Made by a program: the position numbers and the translations under genes | The notes under the pieces: model-generated | The model's database searches: none | Told to the model about the DNA's origin: nothing | The model's input: only the letters and a program-made list of their open reading frames with translations | Assembly (NCBI GenBank): GCA_028534125.1 | Contig: CM052832.1 | Coordinates: 15,254,001-15,318,000, forward strand | Origin: Lama glama | Lineage: Eukaryota | DNA: 64,000 nucleotides | Direction: 5' to 3' | Shown here: positions 22,723-35,637 of the stretch, one piece after another | Position numbering within the stretch: the stretch's first letter is position 1 | Layout of the letters: each line of letters opens with the position of its first letter

Positions 22723-23117
22723 TTACAGCCATAAAAAATGATAAAATAATGCCATTTGCAGCAACATGAATGGCCCTGGAGAATGTCATTCTAAATGAAG
22801 TAAGCCAGAAAGAGAAAGAGAAATATCATATGAGATCACTTATATGTGGAATCTAAAAAAAAAACAGAAGACAGATGGACTTATTTACAAAACAGAAACA
22901 GACTCACAGTCATAGAAAACAAACTTATGGTTACCAGGAGGGAGGGGATAGAAAGGGATAAACTTGGAGTTCGAGATTTGCAGATACTGACTAATATATA
23001 TAAAATAGATAAACAAGTTTATACTGTATAGCACAGGGAACTATATTCAATATCTTGTAGCATATGGTGAAAAAGAATATGAAAATGAATATATGTATAT
23101 TCTTGTATGGCTGAATA
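22723..23117 (+). mobile_element. L1 LINE 3' fragment (end of ORF2 plus 3'UTR), artiodactyl/camelid type, directly after a MIR core
   Basis: Encodes AIKNDKIMPFAAT*MALENVILNEVSQKEKEKYHMRSLICGI*, the L1 ORF2 C-terminus. Followed by ...acagactcacagtcatagaaaacaaacttatggttacc...tatactgtatagcacagggaactatattcaatatcttgta. MIR core cccattttacagatgaataaactga lies immediately upstream. Confidence 0.92.
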
Positions 23118-25748
23118 GTATAGCCTAGTACCTTCTAGGCAAGGGCTAGCCAACTGGACCATCAGGCTCTGTCTTGGAGGGAGAGAATTCCACATGGAGA
23201 GGGGCTCAAGCCAGATGCTCAAAGACCAGACAGGAGCCAGCAGAGTGCTGAGCACAGAGGCTGCAAGGAGTCCCTGGGGGGTTCCATGCCCCCCCACCCC
23301 ACACACCATGCCTGAGCTGTTGGCAGCAGGCCTCGGGGCTCCAGGCACCCAGCCATTATTGGCTCCAAGGCTGAGGGGCAGGGCCATGGCCTGGGCTCAT
23401 CTCCATCCAGGAAGGGACCCCCAGGGAGGTGTCTGTACCCCAAAGCTTCTTTGTTTTGGTGAGGGGTCACCCGGAGCTACCCTCTCTTCTTTCCCTGGAG
23501 AGTGAAGGCTGGACGGGGAGGCCCTCACTGCTGACACCAGAGCCTGTAAGGCACCTAATAGTAGTAGCCTCACTGAGGCTTAGAGAGATTAACTCGCCCA
23601 AGGTTAATTGGTCAGGGGTGGAGCTCTGAGATGGCCACACCAGACATGGATGTGGAAAAGGTATCACAGTGTCACACAGAGGGGAGGACTTTATCGAGAG
23701 ACTCCAGTGTTGTCCCCACAGAAGGCTGACCCTAGTACCACAGGGACCCAGCAGCTTGCCTCTCCTCCCCAGCTTGGCTGGTCAGTCCAGGCTCATCCTA
23801 ACCAAAACATGCCCCTCCCCCATCAACCCCTTCCCAGAGTGTAACTTCCACCAAGTTCACAAACAGACCAGCATCCTCTAGTGTCTGCTCAGGGCACAGC
23901 CCAGGCTCCCCAGGTTTGGAGCCCCCCACCCTCTGGGAAAAAGGGGGAGAGACCCTAAACAGTGGTGAGGAGGGCAGAGTGTGTTCCCAATCTCACCCGC
24001 CCACCCTGCAGGCCTCAGCTGGCCTCTTACCAACCTCTCCTCTGAGCTGTGAACCTTCATCCCAATCACCCTCTCGCCTCCCCCATCAGATCCTTCCCAG
24101 TCTGTGCCTCCATTTCTCCCAGTGACTCAGAAGGTCAGGGCCAGAAGGGGCTCAGGGACCCAAGACCATCACAGATGTGAAGACTGAGGTGACAGGGGCA
24201 AATGATGTTCAGGTCTGCCTCCCCGGCACACCCCCTTGTGAATGGACACCCCATTGGCTGATGGAGCCAGTGTCTGCTTTACAGACCTGCTGTCCTGCTG
24301 TTGCTGAAGCCACTGCTGCATCTGGACTGGCCTCACTCAGACCAGACCCAGCTCTGGCCCCGCCCCCAGCCACCTCCCTGTCCCCTAGCCACAGGCCAGG
24401 AGGGCTTCATGGGTTTAGGGAAGCCTGCTTCTGCCTCTGAGGCCCCACAGAGTAGAGTTAGGAATGGATTCACGGAGCAGCACTATTTCAAGCAGAGGGA
24501 GCACAAGTCAAAGATTTGGCAACGGAAGCCTGCAGCACGTTCCAGGGACACCGCGAGGCCACTTGGTGGGAATAGGGAGTGTTTCAGGCCTGGAGAGCAT
24601 ACTCTTAGAGCTGCCACTCTGAGTGACAATATCAAAGCACTGCAAGCAGATGGAAGCAATTCAGGAAGCTTATTCCCACATTAGCCTGTGCATGGTCATC
24701 CATCCCTGCCAGGAGGGGGGCAGGTCTAAAGCTTTGTGCAGAAAGGCGGATTGGGGGATAGGGGTAGGCGTGATGCACCCCAGACCTTGGACTCAAAGCC
24801 AGAACAAAAGGCCATGGCTCTGTCAGTGGAGGCCCAGGATCACCTGCCCCCAAGAGTGGCTTTAAGAGGCTGACAGGCTCTGACACAGCTCAGCGGGCCT
24901 CCGAGTAAGGTGTGTACTTGTCATTAGCTGCCATGTGCTGGGGAGGGAGGAATGGGTGCCCAGCCCAGCTTGGGGGTCCATGGTACTGTGGCTGGAAGCT
25001 GCTCCAGTGGAAGGGCCAGAATGGTGGGAGTCCCCCCGTCAAGCGCTAGGGGTCAGAGCCAGACCCTCTGAGTTGGATGCCACAATGGTCCCATTTAACA
25101 GCTCCCACTGCAGCAGGAAGGGTCTCTAGAGGCCTTTGGAGGGGCCAGGGGAGCAGGGAGTTGGTGGCGGTGGTTGAGGAGGGATCCTCCCTGCTGCTCC
25201 TTGCAAGACTCTGATGCAGCTCTGGTTCCCTCTCCCCAGTCCCAGGGCTTGGGAGGGGAGGAGAAGCAGAGTCTGCAGCCTGAAGCTCCAGAGGACAAAC
25301 CTGTGTCATTTGGGGGTACAGCCGAAGGGGGCTGATCTCATGGAGGAAGCAGGAGAAACTCAATGCCCGACACAAATATAAGCCTCACATATTTTCGGGC
25401 TTATGGTCGCTTATAGCTTACAGAGGTAATTTTGCCTCTGTTTTCTCCTTTGCTTGTCATAATTGAAGAAGACAGTATGCAGAGAACACGAGCAGCGAGC
25501 CTGATGGAGGAACATCTCACAGCATGGTGGCCAGTGCTGTTCTATGAGAGCTGCAAGGACACAGGACAGAGTGACGACTCCCCGACCCCCACCACTCACA
25601 GACAAGGAGGCTGAGCCTGAAAGAGGCAGAGTGACCAGGTCAGAGCCCCCAGTGGGTCAGGGCCAAGTTCACACTCCCCATTCCCGCTTCTGTCCCTCTC
25701 CGTGCTGCCACAGTTCCACCTGGGCCTTTGATACAGTCCCGATGCAGA

Positions 25749-25770
25749 CCCCAACCCCAACCCCAACCCC
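25749..25770 (-). repeat. (GGGGTT)3GGGG G-quadruplex-capable motif
   Basis: ccccaaccccaaccccaacccc on the + strand. Confidence 0.8.
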
Positions 25771-26039
25771 AGCCCTGACCCAAGCAGCATTCAGAACACA
25801 AATCCCAACTCTGGTCTGAGATTTTGTTCCTAACCAGGAATGGACAGGAATCCTGGTTCTACTCCAATCTGAGATCAGATTTCAGTCCCTAAAGTCCCTA
25901 ACCCCAGTCATCTACAACCCTCACCAGTCCTAGCTTTCACCCCACGTGTGTGAATGTCGCCCTCATGCCTCATGGCAAAGCCCTGCCTAGGACAGAGCCT
26001 GGTCTATCTTCACCCCTACCCTGGTGAGGATGGCACAAG

Positions 26040-26400
26040 TTTCAGAGAAGTTGGGTGACTTGTCTAAGGTCACACCAAGTGAACAGCAGAGTTGAGCCCA
26101 GAGCCAGGTCCCTTAGGCTCTGGCATTTCCTGGTGTGGGTGGGTAGCAAGAGGCCTGGAAGGTGCCAGGGGATGATGGGCACCTTAGGCCAGTGATATTG
26201 ATGACCCTCCATGAGAACATCCCTAGTGATACCCAGTCTCATGGGAGCCCTTCATTGTCTGTAAGTCGACAGCCCAATGATTGTTAATGTCCATTTTACT
26301 GGTGAGGAGACTGAGGCCCAAAATAAAGCCCAGTCACCCATCAGGCCAGTGGCAAAGTAAGGCAAGAGCCCAGGCCCCCTGACAGCCCATCTAGTGCTCT
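26040..26400 (-). mobile_element. Two MIR fragments
   Basis: tcagagaagttgggtgacttgtctaaggtcacac...; ccattttactggtgaggagactgaggccca. Confidence 0.7.
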
Positions 26401-28244
26401 CCCTCTGCCTGACACTGCCTCCTTCTCACTCTGTAGGGGCTGGGCAGCTGAGTTGGTACGAGGAAGAAGTAAAGCAGGAAACTGCACAAGATCACAGATG
26501 GTACACCAGTTTCAGGTCCTCATATCTGGAGAAGTCCTGGAAACGTTTCCTGGGCCCAGAATGGCCAGCACAAACTCACAGGTACCTTTAGCCAGGAGTC
26601 CCCAGTGGCTCTGGAGCATCCAGCCTTGGAGACCCCACGTGCCAACAATAAGACATTGATCAAATGAGCTAACCGCCTGCCCACCTGTACAGTCGGACCT
26701 TACAGGCACCCCAAAATGCTGAGTGTTAGGACTGGATGAGGTTCCGGTTCAGTGCCTGGCTTGTTGTGGGAGCTTCCTAGCCTTAGTTCCCCCCTCTGTC
26801 TGCTTTGGGGAATCACCTCTGGGCAGCGCTTCTCTCCTCTGCCTGCTGCTGTAGCCAGCAAACCCCTTGGGCCACCCACTCACTTCTGGCTCATTCACAC
26901 AAACAGTAGTGGGTGTGAAGATTGATACCCTGTGTCCTCAGAGATGACCTGGAAGGCCAGAAGAAAGTGTTCAGCCTGCCCACCTCTGGAACATTCTGGT
27001 GGACCACTCAGATGTGGCTGGCAGGGCCCCAGTGCCTGTGTGGAAACACCCAAAGCTTGGGTTAACCCTGAAGGCTGAAGGACGAGGAGTGACCCTTGGT
27101 CCCAGGAAGTGGCAGAGGGGCCTCTAGAGTGGAGAGCCAGGCTGGGAGCCCGCAGTGCTCGGGGCCCAGACGGAGGAGCATTCAGCACTCCCCAGGCAGG
27201 CAGAGGGTGATCCCACCAGGAGAAGACAAATGGCCAGATGGCAGAGAGAAGGCACCGGCTGCTGCCTCCAATGGGAAAATTAATTAAGCCTTCAATTAGC
27301 GCAGGCCTGCCCCTGTCGGCTCCAAGGGGTGTCCAGGGCCCTCGCTGCCCTGCCCAAGCCAGGAGTTAATAACTCAGCCGCTAAGTGAACTCAGCAGAGA
27401 CAGCCAGAACCACCCACCCTCTCATGTGCCCGCCCGCCTTCCTGCCTGCCTGCCAGAGCTCCAGGCAGGAGGGAGGGTTGAGCAGATGCCTCCTTGGATC
27501 CCCTTATCCACTAAGAGTCAAGTCATATCATAGATGAGCTGGAGGTGGGACGGCATGGTGGGCCCTCTTACCCCTGGGGACCTGTGTGTTCTCGTACTAT
27601 TCCCAGAAAGGAAGGAACCAGAACCCTGGCATGTCAGGGCAGGGAGGCCCCAGGAGGTTTCATTTCAACTTTTACTGTGCCTGACACGGTGCGGGGTGCT
27701 TGGGAACAAGGATGAGTGAGCCCAGCCCTGCCCTCCAGGAGCTTCTGGTCAGTGAAGGGGCAGGGCTAGGGAAGAAATTGATATGAAAGTGACCCTGGTT
27801 AGACCATCCACAGCCAGTGCTGTCAGCAGCAGCAGCCTCCAAGAAGTATTTGGGGAGGCGTCTCAGATTAAGACTAGAAGAGAGCTGCTTGGAGGTGGCC
27901 AGGTGAACGGAGAGGTTGGGGTCACAAGGTCGCACCCTTTGTTTTATGGGTGAATAACTTAAGGCCCAGAGAGTCACTTAATCAGTACATTTAATAGAGC
28001 CCTCCTGGTACCCAAGCCTCAACCTGAGAAAGGCTGGCAATGATAAATCATGTCTGAGTCTTTTCTGAGAGCACTCCAGAGAGCACGGCTCCCTCGGGTG
28101 CACAGACTCTTCCTGCCCCTTCCACCTCACCATCTCCTGCTCACACCCTGAAACATTCCCCCTAGACCTCGGGTCAATGGAGCTGGCCACCAAGAATGGC
28201 CAAGCTCCACTCCAACCCTCCCAGCACTGGCCAGGGCCAGGCTT

Positions 28245-28373
28245 ACAGTCTGCCCCAGGATCATCCAGAGAGCTAGTTGAAATGCAGACTCCCAGGTCCC
28301 TCCTGAGACTCGACGAATCAAAATCTCTGGAAACAGGTCATAGGAATCTACACTTTAACATAAGCCCCCCAGG
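28245..28373 (+). mobile_element. MER5A-like hAT-Charlie MITE, 5' part
   Basis: gatcatccagagagctagttgaaatgcagactcccaggtccc...gaatcaaaatctctgg...aggaatctacactttaaca. Confidence 0.7.
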
Positions 28374-28374
28374 G

Positions 28375-29412
28375 TTTTTTTTTTAAATAAATGTTATTTA
28401 ATGGATACATAAATACAGGAAAGCATACAAGCCATAAATGAACTACTCAATGCATTCTCACGACTTGCACATCTGTTTAATCTACACCAGATCAGGAAAT
28501 AGAACATTAATAGCCCCCTCCTGCCCCTTTCCCACCAACCTCTCCAGAGGGTGCCACTCCCCTGACTTCTAATGGCTTAGACAAGTCTTGCCTGCTTTTG
28601 GACTTCATGTGTATGGAATTCTCCAGGCACCAGGGTCTGGCTGTTCCTGCTTGACATTGCGAGATTCGTTCATGTCGTTCTGGGCAGTGGTGGTTTATTA
28701 GCTCTCACTGCTAAGTAGCATTCCAGCCTATGATTGTACCATAATTTGTCAGCATTCTGTTGCTGGTGAGCATCGTGTTGTATCCAGCTTTAAGATAGCA
28801 AAAAAGGATTGCTATGAAAATTCTATTACACGTATCTCTGTGGACATCTGTATGTATTTCTGAAGGGTACGTATCTACAAGTGGAATGTTTCATCACGGG
28901 TTTGCTTGTGTGCAGGTTCAACAGATACCATGAGTGATTTTCTAAAGTAGCTGTACAAATTTAGACTTCTACCAGCCGTGTCTGAGAGTTCTGGTTGATC
29001 CACATCCTCCCCAACAGTTGGTACATGTCTCTTTTCATTTGAGCCATTCTGGTGGGTGTGTAGTGGGATCGTTTTATGCTTCAGCTTGCATTTCCCTCAA
29101 GACTAATGATGTTGAGCAGATTTTCTTATGTTTATTGACCATTTGGCCATCCTCTTTGGGGAAGTATCTGTTCAGATCTTTTGCCAGTTTTTTAATCAGA
29201 TTGCCTGTCTTTTCCTTATCGATTTATAGTTCTGTATATGGTCAGGATTCCAGTCTTTTGTTGGATATTCATATTGTAAATATCTTCTTTATCTTGGTGT
29301 CTTATCTTTTTACTCTTAATGATATTTTTTGATGAACAGAGTTTTTCATTTGAATGTAGTCTGAATTATCCTTTGGCTTTTTTTTTTCCGGTAATATTTC
29401 TTGTGTCCTATG
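28375..29412 (-). mobile_element. Old L1M LINE 3' fragment
   Basis: Starts with a poly-T. Typical antisense L1 text: caccagatcaggaaatagaacatt, ...gatccacatcctccccaaca...tttgagccattctggtgggtgtgtagtgg...ttgcatttccctc..gactaatgatgttgagca. Confidence 0.9.
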
Positions 29413-29413
29413 T

Positions 29414-29447
29414 CCAGGTGATTTTATGCGCAGGGAAGTTTGAGGGG
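29414..29447 (+). mobile_element. MER5A-like MITE, 3' remainder
   Basis: ccaggtgattttatgcgcagggaagtttgagg resembles the MER5A end (ccaggtgattct.atgca...aagtttgagaa). Confidence 0.55.
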
Positions 29448-29589
29448 TATGAGTGGAGCTCTTCCCGATGGATGACAGTTCTTGTTATTGCTATACTCCA
29501 CTTCCTTCTCAGCTGGAGACACAGAATTTGCTTGATCATACCAGCTTCACTTACTGAGTACTGATCCCACTTTCAGGCACTTTTCATGT

Positions 29590-30122
29590 TGTAGGACATC
29601 CTTGTGGGCATCTACTCAGCCTGTGTCCCGGTACCATGTGTGCTAAGAACCACTCCTGAGGCAGAAAAGCCATGGTGTGTGGCACCAGGGTGACCCCCAC
29701 ATCCTGGCCACAGATGATGGAACAGAATCAGGCTGAGCCAATCAGGCTCTCTCTCAGTGAGGTGGGGGAGGTGTTGGAATTTGCCTGAGGGGCCCTGCCC
29801 TCAGTCTAGACCACAGCAAGGAAGAGATGATGAGAACTCAGGAGCTGAGGCTGCCATGGGGACTACTAGTGGGCACATCCAGCCCCACACCCCTGGAAGC
29901 CACAAACATGGTCTCCAGAGGAAGCAGATGTGCAGAGAGAAACTGAGATAAAGGGCAGAGTATGGACACTGCCAAGGTCACCACTCACCTGCTGATACTT
30001 GGCCCTCATGCTGCACACCTGCCCTCGGGGTGCCCGAAGACACTCAGCATCTTTCCAATAAATTCTCCTTTTTGTTTAACACAAATCATGTTCTTTCAAC
30101 CAATAAAGTCTCTACTAAAATA
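29590..30122 (+). mobile_element. ERVL solo LTR (LTR16-like)
   Basis: ctgagccaatcagg motif; 3' end ccaataaattctcctttttgttta...ttcaacc..aaagtctctactaa. Confidence 0.6.
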
Positions 30123-30129
30123 TGATTAT

Positions 30130-30290
30130 TACCTTGAATCCTCAGAGCAATGGATTCTTCCCTTATTAGAGATGAAGAAACTGAGATTTAGAAGATGGTA
30201 AATGCTTTTCCCAAACCTGCCTGCCACTAAGAACCAGAGCCAGGACCCCGGCCTCATCTGCACAGCTCAAAACCTGCTCTATTTCTCCAC
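30130..30290 (-). mobile_element. MIR fragment
   Basis: cccttattagagatgaagaaactgagatttagaagatggtaa. Confidence 0.65.
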
Positions 30291-30321
30291 AGCACAGAGC
30301 CATGCACACTGGGCTTGAGGT

Positions 30322-30595
30322 CAAGGTTTCCCAAAGTGTGTTCTGCAGAAGCCTGGGTGCAGGAAATGAGTCATTAGGGGCAAAAAAGTATTTTGGTTCC
30401 CTGATCTAGCTTTGGGGACCCTGGGCCAAACACAGAATGAGCAGGATACTGTACTGCAGGCCACTTCAGAGCCTTTGCTGAAAGGGAACATATTGGAAAT
30501 CTACAGAATACAGAGTTTCTCTAACTGATTTGACCATGGAATCCCCTTTGGTAAGGACCATTTCATGAGATCAATGTTTTCTGGAAAATGCTGCA
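30322..30595. mobile_element. hAT-Charlie MITE (MER102-like)
   Basis: Starts caaggtttcccaaagtgtgttc, ends ctggaaaatgctg; internal cagagtttctctaactgatttgaccatggaatccc. Confidence 0.55.
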
Positions 30596-32849
30596 AGGAA
30601 TCAAATTTCTCCTCCCTGCCCCAAGGTGGCAGGTTGTGGGCAGATAACTGGACATTTCCATCCCACTGAGCATGTGACCCCGCATTAGAAGCCTTGAGGG
30701 AAGGAATCTGTTTTCTAAATCTGCTTCCTGAGAGTTTGACTAACCTGAAGCAACTCCCCTGGGCTTGGGTTGTAACTGAATTTCAGAATCTTCCAAGTGA
30801 CTGATGGGCCTCACCACGCCTGGGGACCCCAGGCCCCACTGGGCCACCACCACCCCAGGAGCTAGCTCCTTCTCAGCAGCAGTGAGCCCCAGGAGAGGCA
30901 AAAGAGAAAAGATGAGGACAGGGACAGGACCAAAGAAAGGGGATAGGACCTGCGAGGAAGAAAACAACCCTCAAATGGGGACAGTCTACCATACGTGCAC
31001 ATGGGACACTAGAAACCAACAAGGGTGATACGGACCTGGGGGCTGGCAGCCTGGGGGCCGTGACTGGCCCTAGACCTGAAAGGATAAAGGAGAGAGCCAG
31101 CCCAGAGAGGCTCGGCATGGAGGATTTGCCCAGCAGGGGCTGGCCTGGCCTGGTGCTGTCAGCCATAAATGGCCCATCCTACCGTCCCCCTGGGCAGGAT
31201 GCCCACTGGCACAAACAGTACTGGGCATGTGGAGAAGGTGAAGAGCTGGGCTGAGAGGTGAATGCAGGCTGTCCAGTGTAGGGAGGATTGGGACAAGGCT
31301 GTGGGAAGCTGAGAGGAGGGAGGGAAGATGAAAACCTGGACGATCAAAACGGGAGCGCCTTGAAAGGAGCAAAAGGAAAGTGGTGAGGGGCCTGGAGGGT
31401 GGAAGCAGCTTTGCTCTGCCCCTCCTAGAAGCACTGGCTTGTTGCCAAGGTCCAAACCCCCAGATCTCTATCAGAACAGCCCACCTTGGGAGGCAGACAT
31501 GTGAGTACACAGGGGAGTGGGGGTGCAGAGGCAGAGGGAGGGACACAGCTCAGCCGCCTCCCCACTGCTGCCAGCCCCACATTTCCAGTGGGCGGGTGGA
31601 TCTCCCCTGAGATCAGCTGCACGCACACGCCTCTGATGTGCGCGGTCCTCCCTTTATACAAACCATGAGTGCCTGAAAGGTTGGGAGCATAAATCAATGC
31701 CAGGCAGAAAAATCCTCATTGAAATTCAACAGGAAAACACATCGCTGAGGATCCTAGAGTGAGTTCTTCACAGAGAACGGTTGTTCCTCATTTGGTTTTT
31801 TTCTGAAAGCGGATGCTCACACATTGGAGTAACTGAAAGTGGGCCGGCTCTGTCTATAGGATTTCATCATGGGGATGTCCCGGCCTCACTGGAATAGGTG
31901 ATGGCTCCCTCCGCCTCCCAAGATTGGGGGAAGCTTGCCAGCACTCACACCTCCCTCTCTGCTTCACCCCTGCAAGTTCTGGTCTTTCTGAGGAGGGAAA
32001 GTACTGTGTGCCTCTACCCATTCAGCAGAGAGGTAAACTGATGGATCAGCACTGAGACACCACAAAGGGTTGTCCATTACCCAGCCCTGCTATCACTGGG
32101 GCCTGACTCCCTCACTCTGCCTCCCAGGACTTGTCTGGGTGGGGACATGTGGAGAGTTACCTTCCCAGTTTATTCCAAGCACAGCAGCAGTAGCTCCTTC
32201 AGCAAGATGAATCCAGGAACACTGTGACCAGTCCAGGCAAAGTGATATGTGTGGCTGGGAAATCCATCATGGAGGGAGGCAGCTGCTGTAGATCAAAGCC
32301 TGCTCTCTCTGCCTCTACATCATCATTAGCAGAGGGCAGAGGTTGGGGGAGGCCAGGGGGCAGGAGCAGAACTGGAGGAGAGATCTTTGGATTCACAGAG
32401 TAAAGCTGGATGTCCCAGAGGCACCAGACGTGAGGAGGGCAGTTTCAATGCCCTCTGGGCCCAGGGTGTGGTGGGGGCCAAAGGAGGGACTCCAGAACCA
32501 AGACACACCCTAGGGAAGGTTTCTTGGAGGAGGAAGCATCCAAACAGAGTCCCAAGAAGGCACAGATGGTATCCAGATCCTGCTTGGGTAGGCAGACCCC
32601 TATATTAAGGAGTCTTCACCCTTGGGGATGTAAAGAGAAGGACAAAACACCACCAGAAGTCTTGAATCCAGAGATCCATCATGAAGTGCCCATTAATGGG
32701 GTATATGGATGGGCAATCAGGGAAGGCTTCCTGGAGGTGGTGAGCCTAAGCATAGCTTTAAAGGAAAGAAATGGAGAGAGTCTGAGACCTGGCAGACCCA
32801 TCATCTCCATGTCCTCCTCAGCTGTTGTCTCAGTTTGAGGTTATACACT

Positions 32850-32972
32850 TCTCTAGTTATTTAATTACTGTCTGCCATCCATGGACTGTGGGCTCAGTTT
32901 TGCTCACCATTGTTACATGGTGAATGCTCAGTCAGTGTTTTCAAAATGAATGAATGAGTGAATGAACGAATA
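32850..32972 (+). mobile_element. L2 3' tail with (TGAA)n end
   Basis: ttttgctcaccattgt...tgctcagtcagtg...tgaatgaatgagtgaatgaa. Confidence 0.7.
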
Positions 32973-34807
32973 GCCCCAACTCTCATGATGGCCTAGAGGT
33001 GGAGTGGGTCCATCCTGTGGAGGAGGTAGAAGGCTCTAGAGATTTCCAAGCATAATGGAGCCGGTATGGTTGAGTTGGGCAGAGGACAGTTTGGGGCAAT
33101 AGGACAATAAGCACAGGATTCACTGTGCTTGTTTCAGGGGGATGAAGGTACACCTCGGCAGGGAACTGGGGGAAGTGGGTGCAAAGTTAGAACTGAATAT
33201 AGAGCAGGTTGCCTGGAGCTGTGGGGTGACTGGAGCTTGCAGGAGGCAGGCTTGGAGAGAAAAGAGGGCCTGGGATGGAGCCAAACCTCCCATCATCAGC
33301 ATCCCATCCCTGTGGCCCCTCTCCCCAACCTGGGGTCCTCCAGGAGCCACTGTGCCCCCTGCTTCCTGTCTCCCCTGCCACCTCCTTGGCCTGATTGCAC
33401 AGAGTGATTTGTGGCCCTGACAAGTTGAATTGTGGGTAAAGCGTCTGTCCAAATGGGGAGCAAATTGGAACTGCAGCTCCAGCTGGCGGGCCATCCATCA
33501 TGGGGGAAAAGCTCCGTCAACGCCTCGCTGCCCCAGCCTGGCTGGGCCCAGCCCCTCACTGTGCCTGCCTGGGGTACAGGGGGAGCCTCCTCTCTCTACC
33601 TCTGATCTGAGGGGACGGTGGGGGAAGCCTGGGCTGGGGGTCTAGTTGAGGGAGAGACAGGGAAGAGGAGGACTGAGATCACCATTCCCTGTGGGGTTTA
33701 CATTTTCAGGGTCTGCTTTGGCTTTTTCATAGCATTTTTATGCTGATGAATGTCACATAAGGCTCTCCAGAGGTGTATACATTTATACATTGGGAAACTG
33801 AGACACTGGGCACTTGGGGGACAGCCCCAAACTCGCTCAGCATTAGCAGAAACTGGGGCTTGAAATTTGCTTCTGGACTACCTGAACTTCTTAAACAAAG
33901 CAGTAGTTTCCTGCAAAGTGGAAAAATTCAAAAGCAAATAAACATTCCATCTGGCAAAACTCCTAGCTCCTGGAGGTGACAAGGCAGTGGCTCCATCATG
34001 GACCAATGAGGTGAAAGAACCGCAAAAGCCGCATAACGCACAGGGCCGGCCTTAAGAGATTCGCCATCCGCGAAGGAAGGAGTAGGTTCCGGGACTCAGT
34101 GTGTCTGCTGTCCCCCCACCTGCAGCCCCTGTGGTACCCATGCCTCCATCCATGTGACTCAGCTCCTGGCCATGGCTGCTTAGACCAGAGGTGGTCACCA
34201 GAGCCAAAGGCTGTCTCCTCATAGGCTGGTCACTGACCTTGACTTGGGGGCTGGCTGAAAAAGATGAGCTAAGCCAATCAGATTGGAGGAATTTGGAATG
34301 GGGACTCTGAGCAACCCAATCAGGTAGCAGAGTGAGCGAAGCCAAAAGGCCAAGATTTGACCTTAGGACTCATCTTTCTTGGGGACCCAAGCTATCTATG
34401 TCCTGCTTGATTTCTCTCTGCCTTTCCCAGTGTCTTAGACCAGAAAACTCTGTGTAGGGGGAGGGAAGACAGGTGGGAAGTGTGTTCTATGTTACCCACC
34501 TCCCCCAGTCTCCTGCACTGTTCAACCACATGAATCATTTCCATTTCCCTTTGAGGGCTGTGATTTCAGAACTCAAAAGTCCGGCCAGGACTGCTTGTTT
34601 CTCTCTTTATGCTGAGTCATCCCTTCCCTGAGACAGCAGCTGTCCGCTAGCTACTGAACGGGAAACAGCCAAGGTCAGGAATGGAGGTTACCACAGAATA
34701 CAAATGAATATCTCAACATGTCATCTTGCCACACGAGGCCACATGTGGCCAGGGACCCCAAACACCGAAGCAACAGGAAGGGAGAAAGCGCCCCCATGCC
34801 TCCTCCT

Positions 34808-34810
<3 letters not shown>

Positions 34811-34838
<28 letters not shown>
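34811..34838. repeat. (GT)14 microsatellite
   Basis: Direct reading. Confidence 0.97.
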
Positions 34839-34963
34839 CTGAGCACTCTCTGTACTGGTAATTTCACTTTTTCTTGGCCTTTCATGGCTACCGTGATTCC
34901 GGGACCTCTCGTGACCTGAAAGCTTCATGTTAAATGTCCCAGCTGTTAGCACGAAGTGCATTT

Positions 34964-35460
34964 GTGTCTGTTTCAATCAGGAACAGGAAACAGAAGCAGT
35001 GTTGGGATTTTAAGAAGAGAGGGAGTTAATATAGGGAATTCGGTGCTTACAAAACCATGGAAGTGCTGTAGGAGTTGGCTCTCAGCTGAGCGTCCCAAGA
35101 TGACAGGACAACACTACTGAACTAGCCCATTAGGAAGGTGGGGAATCCGGAGTCAACACTGGGACATAGGGCTGCAGCTGCCATCCCAGGATCTAGAAGC
35201 TGCCATCACCACCATACCTGCATCTGAGCTCCCACAAAGCTGGTGACTGGACATGGAAACACTGCTGAAGGAAAACCCACATGCCAGCAGCAAATAGCCA
35301 AAGGACCAGGAAGCTGGCTGCATTGCACATCTGCCTTCCAAGTTTCACACAGGTGCATCTATTTAGCAGAACCTAACTCATGAACTAAAACCCTAGGTGC
35401 ACAGGAAGCTGGGAAACATAGTCTTTAGCTTTGCAGCCTCTGTAATGTCAGAAGGAATAG
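34964..35460. mobile_element. Ancient LTR-element fragment (family uncertain)
   Basis: caatcaggaacaggaaaca...taatatagggaattcgg..cttaca and ctgggaaacatagtctttagct, typical of old mammalian LTRs. Confidence 0.45.
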
Positions 35461-35637
35461 AATATCATTGAGCCCAATCCCAGATTCCCCCAGAGACCCC
35501 ACAGGCTGACTTGGCCTGACTTTTACAGCCAGTGAGGCTGACTGCCCTTGGTTAAGCTGTGTAAACACAGGAGGGTTTATCTGGTCATAGAAGGGGAGGG
35601 CAGGGGCCTGGAGAGTTAGGTACGTGTCTGTGAGTGA

